A program made the position numbers and the translations under genes. DNA of 64,000 bases from Rhizophagus irregularis (lineage: Eukaryota): the NCBI RefSeq assembly GCF_026210795.1, contig NC_089433.1, positions 1,550,001 through 1,614,000 of the forward strand, given 5' to 3'. The notes below the pieces were generated by a model. It saw only the letters and a program-made list of their open reading frames with translations, was not told the DNA's origin and did not search any database. Shown here piece after piece: positions 27,811-40,373 of the stretch. Numbering within the stretch: the stretch's first letter is position 1; every line of letters starts with the position of its first letter.

Positions 27811-29379
27811 TCATGATACTAGAACTGATCCTGATCCAGAAGAACCACGGCCGTGAGATGTCGCACCTGTCGTCACCGTCGTTGGCGTTGCTTCACGATT
27901 CGTTGTTGACCTTGCTAAGCTATCTGTGGAGTGTCCAAAATTTGTTGAACGAGAACGATGCCCGCCCAAACTTGACGAAGTTCCATTAGAATTTGATTGA
28001 CCATTTGCAGATGTACTATCTGTATCTCCATGACCATGTCGTTCCATACACCACCACCTGTGTCCCTCGCTCCATGCTTTTGACTGACATGCTTTAGAGC
28101 AATATTTAGCTTTACGGCATCTCCGACATTTAGCAAATTCTCTTGGATAGCTTTCCCATTTACCACAAGCCATATAAGCGCATTGACGGATTCCACCGCG
28201 AGCTTCATCCTTACGACAAGCATTACGCATAATAACACCTGCCCAGTACTGAATTTCTGCGGGATGGAGGCGATGGGTGAATTTCTCCACAAGAGAAAAT
28301 ACGTTATGAGGCGGATAAGCTGTGTGAAAAGTTGCGCGTAAATGAGGATATTTTGAAAGGTAGGCCAGTAGTTGAAGGGACAGAAGAATATCTTCTTCAC
28401 GGTAAAGAACGTCAATTTCCAAAGTTGATGATTGCGAAGTAGGATTTGTTGAATTGTTATTCGTATTACTCGGTAGCTGTGATGGTCGCAAACTTGGAGT
28501 TATATTTGCTCCGGAACCGCCTGTAATTGTCGATGGAAGCTGTGGCATTGTAGTGGTCATTTCTTCATTATCTGCAACTGAACCCCAAGATGCAACATCC
28601 GATCTTGCATCATCAGACGATCTTATATCATAAGGTGTTGTGACATTTGCTAGAAACCTATTCGTAGAAGCAGCAGCTGTATTTGTGGTCGGTGTAATAC
28701 CGTGTATGTTTGATGAACCAGCATTGGAAATATCAGAAGTTTCATTTAAATAATCGGAAGAGGGGAAAATGGATGTTGTTGAATTAGGTGAGTGAGGATA
28801 AGAAGTTAAAAGTTGTTCAGACTCTTCAGACATCTGAATAGTATTCGACGCGTTACCATTTTCTAAAGCTCCAACAAAAGCGGCCGCAAGAGGCATTGAA
28901 GGGGATGGTGTTGTTGTTGTTGTTATCAGCGATGGATGTTGAGTTGAAAGCAACTGTGCAGCAAGTAATTGCTGTTGTTCTTTCTCCAACCTAACATGAT
29001 CAAGTGCCTTTAAAAAATTGTCCAATACGGTTATAATAACCGGTACCATACCAGCGTCCACAACTCTGGTCCTGATTGTCTCAGAACCTCGTACTCCAAC
29101 GTTAGCGACACATTGAAATGCCATAGACCACTTCCAACCACTTCTTTTATCGTTCACTTTAGTAGTTTTAAGGATACGGACCAAGCGTTCTAACCCCCCA
29201 TCCATCGTGAGAATCTCTCGGATGCGTGGTGAAGTACTCGTTAAATAGGTGAGATGTGTTAAGGAGTTAATTAAAGGTAAGATGGCTGTGCAGTCAAGTG
29301 CTCTTCTATCATAAAGAGCAGCAGTAATGCAAACTGACGCACGGTTTTGTGAAGGAAACGAAAAGTTTGATTCTCTCAT
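27811..29379 (-). CDS. MUB1: MYND-type zinc-finger protein, MUB1/SamB family
   Basis: Starts MRESNFSFPSQNRASVCITAALYDRRALDCT..LPLINSLTHLTYLTSTSPRIRE; C-terminal YWAGVIMRNACRKD...GIRQCAYMACGKWE....EFAKCRRCRKAKYCSKACQSKAW..GHRWWC. The ATG is at 29379 (the track start at 29421 is a non-ATG codon). Confidence 0.93.
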   Translation of the reverse strand: MRESNFSFPSQNRASVCITAALYDRRALDCTAILPLINSLTHLTYLTSTSPRIREILTMDGGLERLVRILKTTKVNDKRSGWKWSMAFQCVANVGVRGSETIRTRVVDAGMVPVIITVLDNFLKALDHVRLEKEQQQLLAAQLLSTQHPSLITTTTTPSPSMPLAAAFVGALENGNASNTIQMSEESEQLLTSYPHSPNSTTSIFPSSDYLNETSDISNAGSSNIHGITPTTNTAAASTNRFLANVTTPYDIRSSDDARSDVASWGSVADNEEMTTTMPQLPSTITGGSGANITPSLRPSQLPSNTNNNSTNPTSQSSTLEIDVLYREEDILLSLQLLAYLSKYPHLRATFHTAYPPHNVFSLVEKFTHRLHPAEIQYWAGVIMRNACRKDEARGGIRQCAYMACGKWESYPREFAKCRRCRKAKYCSKACQSKAWSEGHRWWCMERHGHGDTDSTSANGQSNSNGTSSSLGGHRSRSTNFGHSTDSLARSTTNREATPTTVTTGATSHGRGSSGSGSVLVS

Positions 29380-31343
29380 TGTGATCGTTTTAAAAAAAAA
29401 GGAAAGATTTTGAAAGTTCAAATTAAGTTGGAGTTTAAAATGTAACTAACTGTAAAACTATACGCAAAGTTTTTGAAACAAATATGGAAGAAGTTGGATG
29501 TGCGACTATACTACCAAAATGCGAGCTGTTGAAAGAAAAAAAATAAAATAAAATAAAATATTAGTCTGTAGGCTTGATATATATTTATATATTATTGAGA
29601 TGAAGACGACGAACATAAATGTTTGTAACAAAGTCCACCAAGATCTATTTTTTGAAAGGAAATATGGCTCTCGGATAGAGAGCGTGAAGAAACTTCAGTA
29701 TGTGATGAGGAATGGAAATGGGAAGCTTTTCGATAGTTTGAAAGGGGGCGAAATATAAAACTTCTTCTGTCCCTGTGGAACTGCAAAAAAGTTGTAAAAA
29801 GGCACAGTGTTGGCGCAGTAATGTTTTATCAACTTCTACAATTAATATAGTGCTTTCCACCTGATCAAGAAAATAATTAAATGGATGTTTGCCAATTGCC
29901 ACTTCAGCCACATTTCCTCTTACGTAATAAATATAATTTGTATTACTATTATTATAAGCTTAATTTTTTAATTATTGAACTTAGATTTTTTATTTTGCAG
30001 AAAATATAGTTCTATTTATAGTTAAAAATAAAAGTATTATAAAAACCATTTAAAATTGTATATTGTTATTATTATTATTTTGATTAACCAAACTATAACT
30101 GAAAATAATTTAACAATTATAAAAAATACTAATTAAGATAATTTTAAAAAATAATAAATATAAATATTATAACAAATATAATAAAACTCTTTGGATATAA
30201 AATTTAATTGCCAAAATAGTTAAACTTACTTGTATAAAAGGAAAATCAATTAATATAATTATACTTGAAGAAAAAAAATTCTGGTTAAACAATATAAATA
30301 ATATAAAAGTAACTACAAGTAAAAATTAATAATAGTAATGATTTAACTAAAAATTATGTAAATATAATTACTTATTTAAATTTTTTTTAGTATGATACAC
30401 TTAGTCTAAAGCTAACTAATATTTTATTTAGTGGCCAAATTTTTTAGACTCATAATTATATTATGTAAAATAAATTTTGGTTAACACATATTTATTATAA
30501 TTATACTTTATAAAAATTTTGATGTATAATATTAATATTTTATCATTAAATTTTCTTCAATAATTTGTACTTTTTATACTGATTAGTATAATAAAAAATT
30601 GCTTTTTAAGATTTATTGCAATTTAAGAAATTTTGATCTAAATTATATAATTTTTATAATTTTAGACCACTTTTATGATGATCAAATTTGACATAAAATT
30701 AATAAAAATACCTGATTTTAATTTTATATATTTAATATTAAAGATTATTTAATTAAAAAAGAGTTTTGTCATATGAAAAATAATGACTTATTAATCTATT
30801 ATTTAATAGAAAATAATTAATTTTTTAGTTATTACTTCTATCCTTTAAAGTTATATAATAAATGTAGTTGGCTTTAAATCATATATATTATATAAATTTA
30901 CTTAAATTTATAATATAAAATTTATGTATATCAATTTATATTTTATATAATAAGTTAATTAATTATTATTAATATTAAATAAATAATTAATATATATAAA
31001 ATTTTTTCTTAAATATCTTGCAAATTTCAGAGGTTTAGCTCTATATTTCTCCTATTATATAAATTTTTACTGTATTTAAAACTTATAAAATAATTAAAGT
31101 ATTGTTATATATTATACCTTAAATTTACTCTTAAAATAAAATTAATTTAGTAAATTTTTTAATTTTTATAATTAAACTTATATTTTGAGATGCTATAATT
31201 ATAATTTGAATTTCATTCAATTTATATGTAATTTACTATGTAAAGTGCTAAAATAATTTGGAATGTCATAATTGAATTTGGAATTTTACTTATTATTATA
31301 GCAGTTTAAAATAATTTGAACAATATGTATTTTTATAATAATA

Positions 31344-31550
31344 CCAGTATAGCATGCTAGAAACAGACTATCCAACGTCGCCATATAATATGCGGTATGA
31401 TATGTGGTTAAAAAATCTTAATTCTGGTAAGAATTCGGCTAATTCTGGCCAATTTTTCCATATTCCATACAAGATACCCCTGGGTATAATTCAATTTTTA
31501 AGTTGGTGAAATTGATATATACCCGGGGTATTTTAGGCAGTGCTATACGG
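31344..31550. mobile_element. Degenerate Tc1/mariner(pogo)-type MITE
   Basis: Imperfect TIRs CC(A)GTATAGCA.../...TGCTATACGG flanked by TA on both sides. Confidence 0.5.
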
Positions 31551-33077
31551 TAATTCATTATTTATAAATTATAACTAGTTTTCTTAAAAAATAAAAGTAT
31601 TTAAATTTATTTTGCATTTTAAATAATAATTAAAATTATTCTAAATAATTATCCTTTAGCTTTTTTATTATACAGTCTATTTTTTTATATAATTACTTTT
31701 TATATAATTATATGGTCCTAAGTCATCTATAAACAACAATATTAATAATAAATTAGAAATTTAAAATTTTATTTATTTATATTGTGTAACTTATTTTTAA
31801 AGTACTTTGCTAAAATATAATAATTGCCGCGTGAGCGGCAAAATTTTTTTTGCTATATTACATGGAATTTCGTGGATTTCCATGGAATTTTTGTAAAATC
31901 CATAAAAATTACATAAAAACTAGTCCGAAATTTTATGTTTTTATTATGGCTACTTATTAAAATTATCTAACTTTAACCCATAATATTAATTAAAATTCTT
32001 ATTAAATTCTATAAAATAACCCGATAGAAATGTTCAGTACATGTTGTTCTATCATTTTATCGGTTTAGTTTTTTCTTTTTACTATTCAATTTACAATTTA
32101 TAAAAATTTGAAGTCATATAATATTAGTGTGGTTTATAGGCGACATCCACCATATCATATAAAATTTTTATACTATTTTAATATATTAATAAACATATTG
32201 GAAAAATATTCTATAATTATAATATATAATTATTTGTATAATTATTCCTTTTTTTCAATTTTAAGAAGTATAAATATAACTATTTATTATTTAAATTAAA
32301 TAAATATAACTTATGTTCTTTTTCAAAAATTTATAAATCAATAATATTAGAATAGAATATAATTTATTACTTATATATATTTTTTATTAATAGTTATTTT
32401 AATATAGTATTTATAAATGTACTGCAATTAGTAAAAAAAAAATATTAATTTGACTTTATTAATAAAAAAAAAATTCAGTTAAAATTTAAAATTTTAAAAA
32501 TTAGTTTTTTACAAATTATTTTATTATTCAATAATCCAATTTAAATAACTATTAATAAATTCTACAAAAAAAAATATATATATAATTACTAAATTCTAAA
32601 ATAATTACAAAAATTAAATGCAAATTAGTTATAAATTATACATTAAATATTTTTTTTTAATTGTATTTTTTATTTAAAAATAAATATTTATAATTAATTT
32701 TTTAAAAATAATAAAATTAAAATAAATACTATAATATGAAATTTAATTATAAATTTATTTATTATATAATTTATATAATATAAATAAGAAATTGTTAAAG
32801 CAAAAAATTCTTTTTGCTGATTGTTTGAATATAATTTTTATATTAGTAGTTTGAAAAAAATTTTAAATTTTTATCATTTTATATATAAAAAATAGTATTT
32901 TTTTATAAATAAAATTAAAGAAGAGTTTAATGGAAAGAATAAAATTTACCCAATTATCTGGAAGTAATATTTTGATTTTTTTTTTTTTTTTTTTGGCTGC
33001 AGCATATTTAGATACTTTATTAGTTAATTTAAAAATTTCATCAATGTATACATGATATAAGAAAGATCAATTAACTA

Positions 33078-33371
33078 CTGTATATCGTGGGTCATAGTAC
33101 CCCCCTATGCATAGTACCCCTCTTGAAAAATTTCATAGAATTGTATAGTACTCAGGGGGATATTTTACAATTATCTCATGATTCAGTGATCAGATTTGAG
33201 CCATCGTTTTTTTGTTTGTTTGATAGTTCTTATTGAATTCTTCAAAATAAAAAAAATCATTCAAATTGGACCAGTAGAATGTAAGATATTCGCAAAAATC
33301 AGAATTTTTAGGCTTTGTTAAACTCCTGATTTTTGCAAGATACCTGGGGTACTGTAGCCCGCTATATACGG
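33078..33371. mobile_element. Pogo-family MITE related to the element at 40374-42535
   Basis: TA-flanked TIRs CTGTATATCGTGGGTCATAGTACCCC / GGGGTACTGTAGCCCGCTATATACGG; the subterminal CCCCCTATGCA.AGTACCC is shared with 40374. Confidence 0.8.
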
Positions 33372-34054
33372 TAATTCATTAAGTACTAAACCACCTGTTA
33401 ACTATATTAAACAACCACTTATGTGTGTATTCTGGACTAGGGGAATAAGTACTTCTTGAAGGAGTCCTTTCTTAGAAGGATCTCTTTTTTCTAGTCTACA
33501 TCCTGTAAGTATCCAAAAACTTACTGTAACTGCAACATAAAATTCAGGACACAAAAAAAAAATGAAGAGAAGTAATAAAATAAAAGCTAGGGTAAAAAAA
33601 TATATATAAAAGGGTTAGTAAAATATAACCTATTTAACAATACACTTTTACACTACACTTTTCACTATCCAAGTCTCTGATTTCTTTATATTAGTTAGCC
33701 AAAAAATGTAGCAGTGAACAAATTTCAGCTAAAATAGTTAGTTTGTTACTATTATTGAAGCTTTTCTTATCCATTTTTATTTTGGAAGACTTCCTCTCTG
33801 TAGATTGCGTTTCAGATTATTTCTTCTGCAATACTTTAGGATTCTTACCTTAGTTCCATTTCTAGGATGAATCTTGCTTTGGTAGTCTATTTTTAGGCCT
33901 GTTCAAAGTGAGCGAAAGTATTTTTTCCAAACATCTTTAAATTCATTGAAAGTAAATTCCATATTGAATGCTTTATTCAAGCTTGTCTATGTGTCGCAAT
34001 ATATAATTAACTTTTTGCACCCATGTTCTTGAATGATTTTGTATGCATAGCAGC

Positions 34055-34471
34055 TAGAGTTCTGAATTTCCAGTTCAGTTTCATTTTCAGTTCTAAACTG
34101 GATCTTTCATAGAAAATTTTACCAAAAGTGTTTTTCAGTTTAAAATTTTTACTGAAAATTATTTTCAAGTCATACTTTTAACTGAAAATATTTCCAGTTT
34201 AAAACCTTACCAAAAAATGTTTTCAGTTTGAAAAATAAATTCTGGTTCCGTATTTTAGATCAAAAAATAGAATTGAAATCGTTTTCAAAGAAATCTTCAA
34301 ACTGAAAATGTTTTCAGATTAAATTTTTTAACTAATAAAACGTTTTTCAGTTAACATCCTGAAAACATTTTTCAGCAAAAATTAGTAGTTCAAAAAATAT
34401 CCAGTAAAGAACCAAATTTAGAACTGAAAATAGAACTAAAAATGAAACCAAACTGGAAATTCAGAGCTTTA
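34055..34471. mobile_element. hAT-type MITE
   Basis: TIRs TAGAGTTCTGAATTTCCAGTT / AACTGGAAATTCAGAGCTTTA; perfect 8-bp TSD ATAGCAGC (34047-34054, 34472-34479). Confidence 0.88.
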
Positions 34472-34767
34472 ATAGCAGCCTGTATAAGATGTGAGTAATG
34501 ATTGAGCTAGATTTTTGGCAGAATATAAAACACTTGTATTGAGGCCAATAGGTATATTCATCAATACAGCCTGGAATCTTTCACATTCTTTATGTTGCTT
34601 CAAAGTTCAGGACGTCAGAAACTATCATATAGGCAGTCTGCTATAAGAAGCTGTTCAAGTTCCTTTATTTCATAAATTTAATGTCTTTTTGAAAAATTTT
34701 ATTGACAATGTAACTGTCACATATTTCTTTTGCATCTTTATCTTCATCACAATTAAATAGTTTCAAT

Positions 34768-36084
34768 AGGACCCTGGAAAATACTTATATAGGTAAGGTC
34801 CCAAAAATATTTTTTATTAGTAGCTCTAAGCATAGGTTTTTACTATGATCACTAAGCATTGTTGATATCTAACCTTAAAAATTATATAAAAATAAGTAAA
34901 TCAATCTTCTAATCTAATTAAATTTTAATTATAACACATATAATTTATAAAATATATTTATTAATTAATATATTTTATTAAATCCAATTTTAAATATGTT
35001 GTGAAGCTAAACAAAACATAATATACAAATGATTAACAATATTCAATTAATAAAATTAATAAACAGTAAAAGAAAAATTCAAAATTAATACTATTACAAA
35101 AAATGTAAATTTCTCCATAAGTATTATACTTACACCCATAAATATTAATATGTAGGTAGTTTCGACCTTGCTGAACAATTTTCAATTAATTTAGAAAGTC
35201 GATTTCATTTGACCAAAGAGGTGTAATTACGCTCTGAAGTTGTAAACGGAGAAATAAAAAATTTGAAAGTTAGTACCATTATGAAAGATGCACTTTTCTC
35301 CATAAGTATTATACCCACACTCATGAAAATTAATATATAAGTAGTTTCGACCTTGCTGAACAACTTTCAATTAATTTAGAAAGTCGATTTCATTTGACTG
35401 AAGTGGTGTAATTACGCTCTGAAGCTATAAACGAAAAAGTGAAAAATTTAAAAGTTATTACCATTAAAAAAAATATGCTTTTCTATATAAATATCATACT
35501 TAGCCTTATGAAAATTAAAATACAAGTAGATTTAACTTGCTGAACAAACTTACTTAAGCATAAAAGATAATTTGATATAACCAAAGTGGTAAGTAGTGAA
35601 ATTATATTTTAAAGTAAAACATATTTATAGTAATTTTATTTAACAAAATAAACATGTATAATATAGTAATTTTATATTAAAAATAATACACTGAGTTTAA
35701 TAAAAATTAAAAAAATACTATTGACAGATAATTAATAAAACATTGAAAAAAAAAATGAAATTTCATTAAAAAAAATTTTTGTTTATGTATTTATATAAAA
35801 TTGTGAAATATAGTACAAAATTAACACTTACCATTAGTGAAAATAAAATAAAAATTAATTATAAATTCAATATATAATATTTTAAAAAGTTATATAAATA
35901 TGAAAAATAAGCAATTAAAAACTTTTAGTATTTTAAAATAATACCAAAAATATGCAATTTAATTATCTTACATAGTATAAAATTTTCTTAAAATTAAGCA
36001 TTATAAAATTCTTACATCATAAAACTTTTCGATGTTGGCTAAGCATCTTGGTACCTTACATATATAAGCATTTTCTGAGGTCCT
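34768..36084. mobile_element. Non-autonomous TIR element with internal ~185-bp tandem repeat
   Basis: ~35-bp imperfect TIRs AGGACCCTGGAAAATACTTATATAGGTAAGG / CCTTACATATATAAGCATTTTCTGAGGTCCT; TSD GTTTCAAT/GTCTCAAT; 2-3 tandem units at ~35110-35590. Confidence 0.75.
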
Positions 36085-37040
36085 GTCTCAATCCTTAAAG
36101 CTATTAAGAATTTTGAGTTGAGTAAATGTGAAAAGGATATCATAGATTACAATCTCTCGTACGCTCTTTTTATTTGTAGAAGTATAGCCAGTCATGATTA
36201 TATATATTTCTTTCTCTAAATCATATTACTTAGGCTTCTTAGCTTTTTGTGCCTATTATTTGTCCTTTGATATACTGCTCTTCGTAGAAGTATGTTGAGC
36301 ATTCTATTTAGAACCAGAAGGTAATGGTGAAGTAGAACTATCATCATTAGTAGCTGAGCCTTGTGAGACAATATGAGCATATGTGACCATTTAGTTCTTT
36401 CCTTTTAGAGTAAATGGCTAGGACCCTGCTTACTTATAAGATAGGTTACCCTCAGGCCTAAGGTAAAAATCATATATAAAATTCTTTGCAGATCCTACTA
36501 TAAAAGGAAATTTTATGTTACATTGTTATGATGTTTTTCCTTTTTAGCTAATTAACCAATAAATTTTTTAAAAAAAAGTAAGGTAAAAACTATTAGTAAA
36601 GGGCCAATTTTTTACAGTGACCATTATTATAAGTAAGCGAAATCCTACTTCAACTGAAATGTTACTTTCAGGTGATGTTTCTAACAAGTTAAGTCAAATC
36701 AAGTTTGAATCAATTTTAAAATACTATTTATACAGTAAAATATACCTTACAGTCAACTCTTCATATAACGAATTTTAATATAATGAATTTTACAATATAA
36801 TGGATCATCAGTATGATACAGATTTTAACATATGAAAAAAATCTCATTATACCAAATTTTACTAATTAAATGCTATATACCGTTTAACGAAGTAAATTTT
36901 ATAAACCATATATGAAAAATGCTCCTTTTAATAATGAATTTTCTTTTATAACAAATTTTTTTTCAATATAATGGAAATATTTTGTGTAACTTATGTTTTT
37001 GCATTATAAAATATAATTATTATACAACAATATACCATAA

Positions 37041-37800
37041 GGGGTGTGCCAGAAATTACGTGATTTAGTGGGTGGGTGGGGGGTCAGGTCCTGCAATCAG
37101 GTATCACAATATACCTTTTATGGTAATAGTATATCTTTTATAGTAAATAATATATAATTTGTTTATTAAGAAGCTTTTTTGCAATTATCTCACCATCTAA
37201 AAGTCCAATTTTAATGAATTTTTTTTTTGTTTTATAAAGTATAAAGAGAGCTATAAAATAAAAAAAAGTTTATGCAAATTGAATTATTGGATAGTAAAAT
37301 AATTGTATTATAATATATATATAATACTATATAGTAATTTATTTATTAAGAAGCTTTTTTGCAATTAACTTACTATGTAGCAGTTCAATTTTAATGAATT
37401 TATTTTTGTTTTGTAAAGCATAAAAAGGTCTACAAAACAAAAAAAAAGTTTATGCAAATTGGATTATTGGATAGTGAAATAATTGTATTATAATATATAT
37501 ATAATATATGATAATTTATTTATTAACAAGTTTTTTTGCAATTATTTCACCATCTAGCAGTCCAATTTCAATGAATTTTTTTTTATTTTATAAAGCATAA
37601 ACAGGGCTACAAAACAAAAAAAAGTTTATGCAAATTGGATTATTAGATAGCAAACTAATTGTATTATAATATATATATTAATATAATATATTATATATTA
37701 TACTGTATGTATTTTTTTAGCCAATCAGAATTCAATCACATGGTGGGTAGGGGGGTCAGGTCTCTAATTGAGCATAATCACGTGATTTATGGCACGCCCC
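37041..37800. mobile_element. PIF/Harbinger-type MITE with three ~180-bp internal tandem units
   Basis: TIRs GGGGTGTGCCAGAAATTACGTGATT / AATCACGTGATTTATGGCACGCCCC; TAA TSD on both sides; units start near 37163, 37343 and 37520. Confidence 0.88.
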
Positions 37801-37979
37801 TAACCAATAGAATTTTAAAAAAAGTAAAGTAAAAACTATTAGTAAAGGGCTAATTTTCTACGATGACCTTTATTATAAGTAAGCGGGATCCTATACAACT
37901 CCTTAGTAATTATCTGTGAAAATACCATCGAATATACAAATATTCACCTAAATAAATATATTGTTAAAACAGCCAAAAG

Positions 37980-38260
37980 TAGTGTTCTGTATAAATCAAA
38001 TTTCTTTTCTAAAATTTAATTCAATTTGGACTTAATTTAAACTCAATTCAAACTCAATTTGACCTCCAAAAATTATTATCTCAGGATCTATCTAGTAATC
38101 CAATTTTGATGATCTTTTTTTAATCGATAGGTTTCATTACCCTGATCAAAATAAAAAAAAAATCATCAAAATCAGACCACTATATCAAAAATTATTCTTA
38201 AAATACGTTTTTATTATTCAGAAGCAATCAGGATTACGAATCGATTCGTGCAGAACACTA
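37980..38260. mobile_element. hAT-type MITE
   Basis: TIRs TAGTGTTCTG / CAGAACACTA; perfect 8-bp TSD GCCAAAAG. Confidence 0.85.
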
Positions 38261-38798
38261 GCCAAAAGGCATATTGCATATTCTAACTAGGATGTAAAAA
38301 AGAGTATCATCAGAACTAAGTGATGATGAGATTAATGAAATTTATAGTAATATTTATTTTAAATACAGAAAAAACTCTGAATTTTATTGTTCTCATGTTT
38401 CAAAAAAAATTAAGAAAACTGTTGCATATCGATTAATTAATGGTGTAAAAGTTATTCAGCAAACTTGAAAAACTTATAAGTCGAAACCTGAAACTTGGGC
38501 AAAATAAGTTTGGAATATAGTAAGAAATGATAATACTCCTGATGAGAAGAAGTATTTAGGTATAACTTTTCATGTTATAAGAATTTCTAATAATCAATAG
38601 GTAAACTATTTTGGTCAAAGAATTTTAACCAGAGATGTATTTATATATCATTAGAATTAAGGAATGGAAAGTTTGTTACAGTTCGGTTAAAGTTTTAAGA
38701 CTTACAGGTTTTGGCACATAGACAGACCGGACCCAGTTTAAGGACTGAAACTAGGACTTAAGTTAGGACTTAGTTCTAATTGAATTGATTGGTTAATT

Positions 38799-39177
38799 TA
38801 GAGTTCCAATCCATCATCCGACGGATGATCAATCTCTTCTCATTTATTTTTGGAAAGAGACATTTATGTTTCATAATTTATAATTTAGAAACTGCATTCG
38901 ATGTAAGGTGATTAGACTATGCATTATTTAATTAATTGAACATAAAATAAATGGGGTGAAATCTTAGTCAGATTGAAATTTTCATCCATCGGATGATATT
39001 TTAATCCGTTCCTAATTTCTCCTCACTTTCATTTTTGAAAAAAAAGTTTATTTATTAAATTATATACTGTATTATGCTTTTAGGATATCCTTAAAAAAAA
39101 ATGCTCTTTTATATTAATTAAATGAGCGTACAACTGTCAAAATGTGATTATCCGTCGGATGACGGATTGGAACTCTA
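38799..39177. mobile_element. hAT-type MITE
   Basis: ~28-bp TIRs TAGAGTTCCAATCCATCATCCGACGGAT / ATCCGTCGGATGACGGATTGGAACTCTA; perfect 8-bp TSD GGTTAATT. Confidence 0.9.
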
Positions 39178-40373
39178 GGTTAATTTTAAATAAAAAATAC
39201 TTAAATAATTTATTTATTATGAGCTACAAAAAAAATTTATTAATTCGTCGATGATCAAAATGCTAATCATTTAAGTAATGGCGTTATAATAATTCCTATT
39301 AAAGCCACATTTTTTATTTTGTAAGTTGAAAAAAAATTTCTGAACTTGATTAATAAAAGTATATACAGTAATTATATTACTATAAACAATTAAATGTTAC
39401 CCATTACCCTTAATTTTTTTTCTCTTCTATTTCTTTTTCAAGCCAACTTTTAGACACAATAATGCACGAAACATATCTGGTTGCAATCTATTTTTTGTGC
39501 GAGTTATATATAGTATTACTCGCCACAGAAAATGCTTGCTCACACGCAACACTAGTAGCCTGAATGGATAAATAGTCTTGTGCCATTGCACCTAATGCTG
39601 GAAACTTTCAAAAATGAGTCTGTCACTATAGTAATGGCACAACATTATCATCACATGGCAAAGCAAAATACTGGTCAATCTCCTCATAAATTCCAGTTGA
39701 TAGTCTTGTAATATTTAATGTAGTACTATTATTTAATCGCCTCTTCTTTAATTGATGAAAGTAATTACAAGTGCTTGCTACTTCACCATTATTATGATTA
39801 ATTACAGCTGGTTGAGATATTAGTGTATGATATTCAGAAAAACACCTTTTTACTGCATTAATTGCATTTGTTGATTCTTCTTCAGCAAAAAGCAGAGTAA
39901 ATTTTATGCATAGAATTAGTACCTTAGACGCTAAGGTAAATGAATCCACTATTTCCCAGTACTTATCAATTTTTTGAAGTATTAATGATACTACTTCACT
40001 TTGACTAAATTTTTTTTTTCCAATATAATCATTTAGATGTTGTTGGATTTCAAAAAACAAAAACCTTACATCAGAAATAATGGGATATAAGAAAGCTGAA
40101 AGCAATACTATTGCTTTTTCTAATAGTTCTAGTAACGTAAGAGTATTCTATTTATGTTGTAAATTAGTCATAATGTAGTTTATTTTTTGGATTAGTTATG
40201 TTATTAATTAATGTTAATATCGTTATTAATGATGAATAGAAAAATAAAAGCTAACACTTATATTTATTTTTATCCATTCTTACAAGTCCAGTGCAAATTT
40301 TTTTAATGTCTTGATCTGTTGCAACTAACATTTCAATAGGTCGCAATATTTTTTGGAATTTTACAATCATATA

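Larger units (their letters stand above)
33440..36400 (-). pseudogene. Decayed ORF1/gag-like (RRM-type) remnant of a non-LTR retroelement, interrupted by two DNA elements
   Basis: Minus-strand fragments VREIVIYDI (~36150) and KIKMQKKYVTVTL...TLKQHKECERFQAVLMNIP (~34750-34555) resume across the insertions; many stops. Confidence 0.45.

Noticed and set aside
38290..38560. Short coding-like fragment (KKRVSSELSDDEINEIYSNIYFKY...)
   Set aside because: Too short and disrupted to identify; probably TE debris
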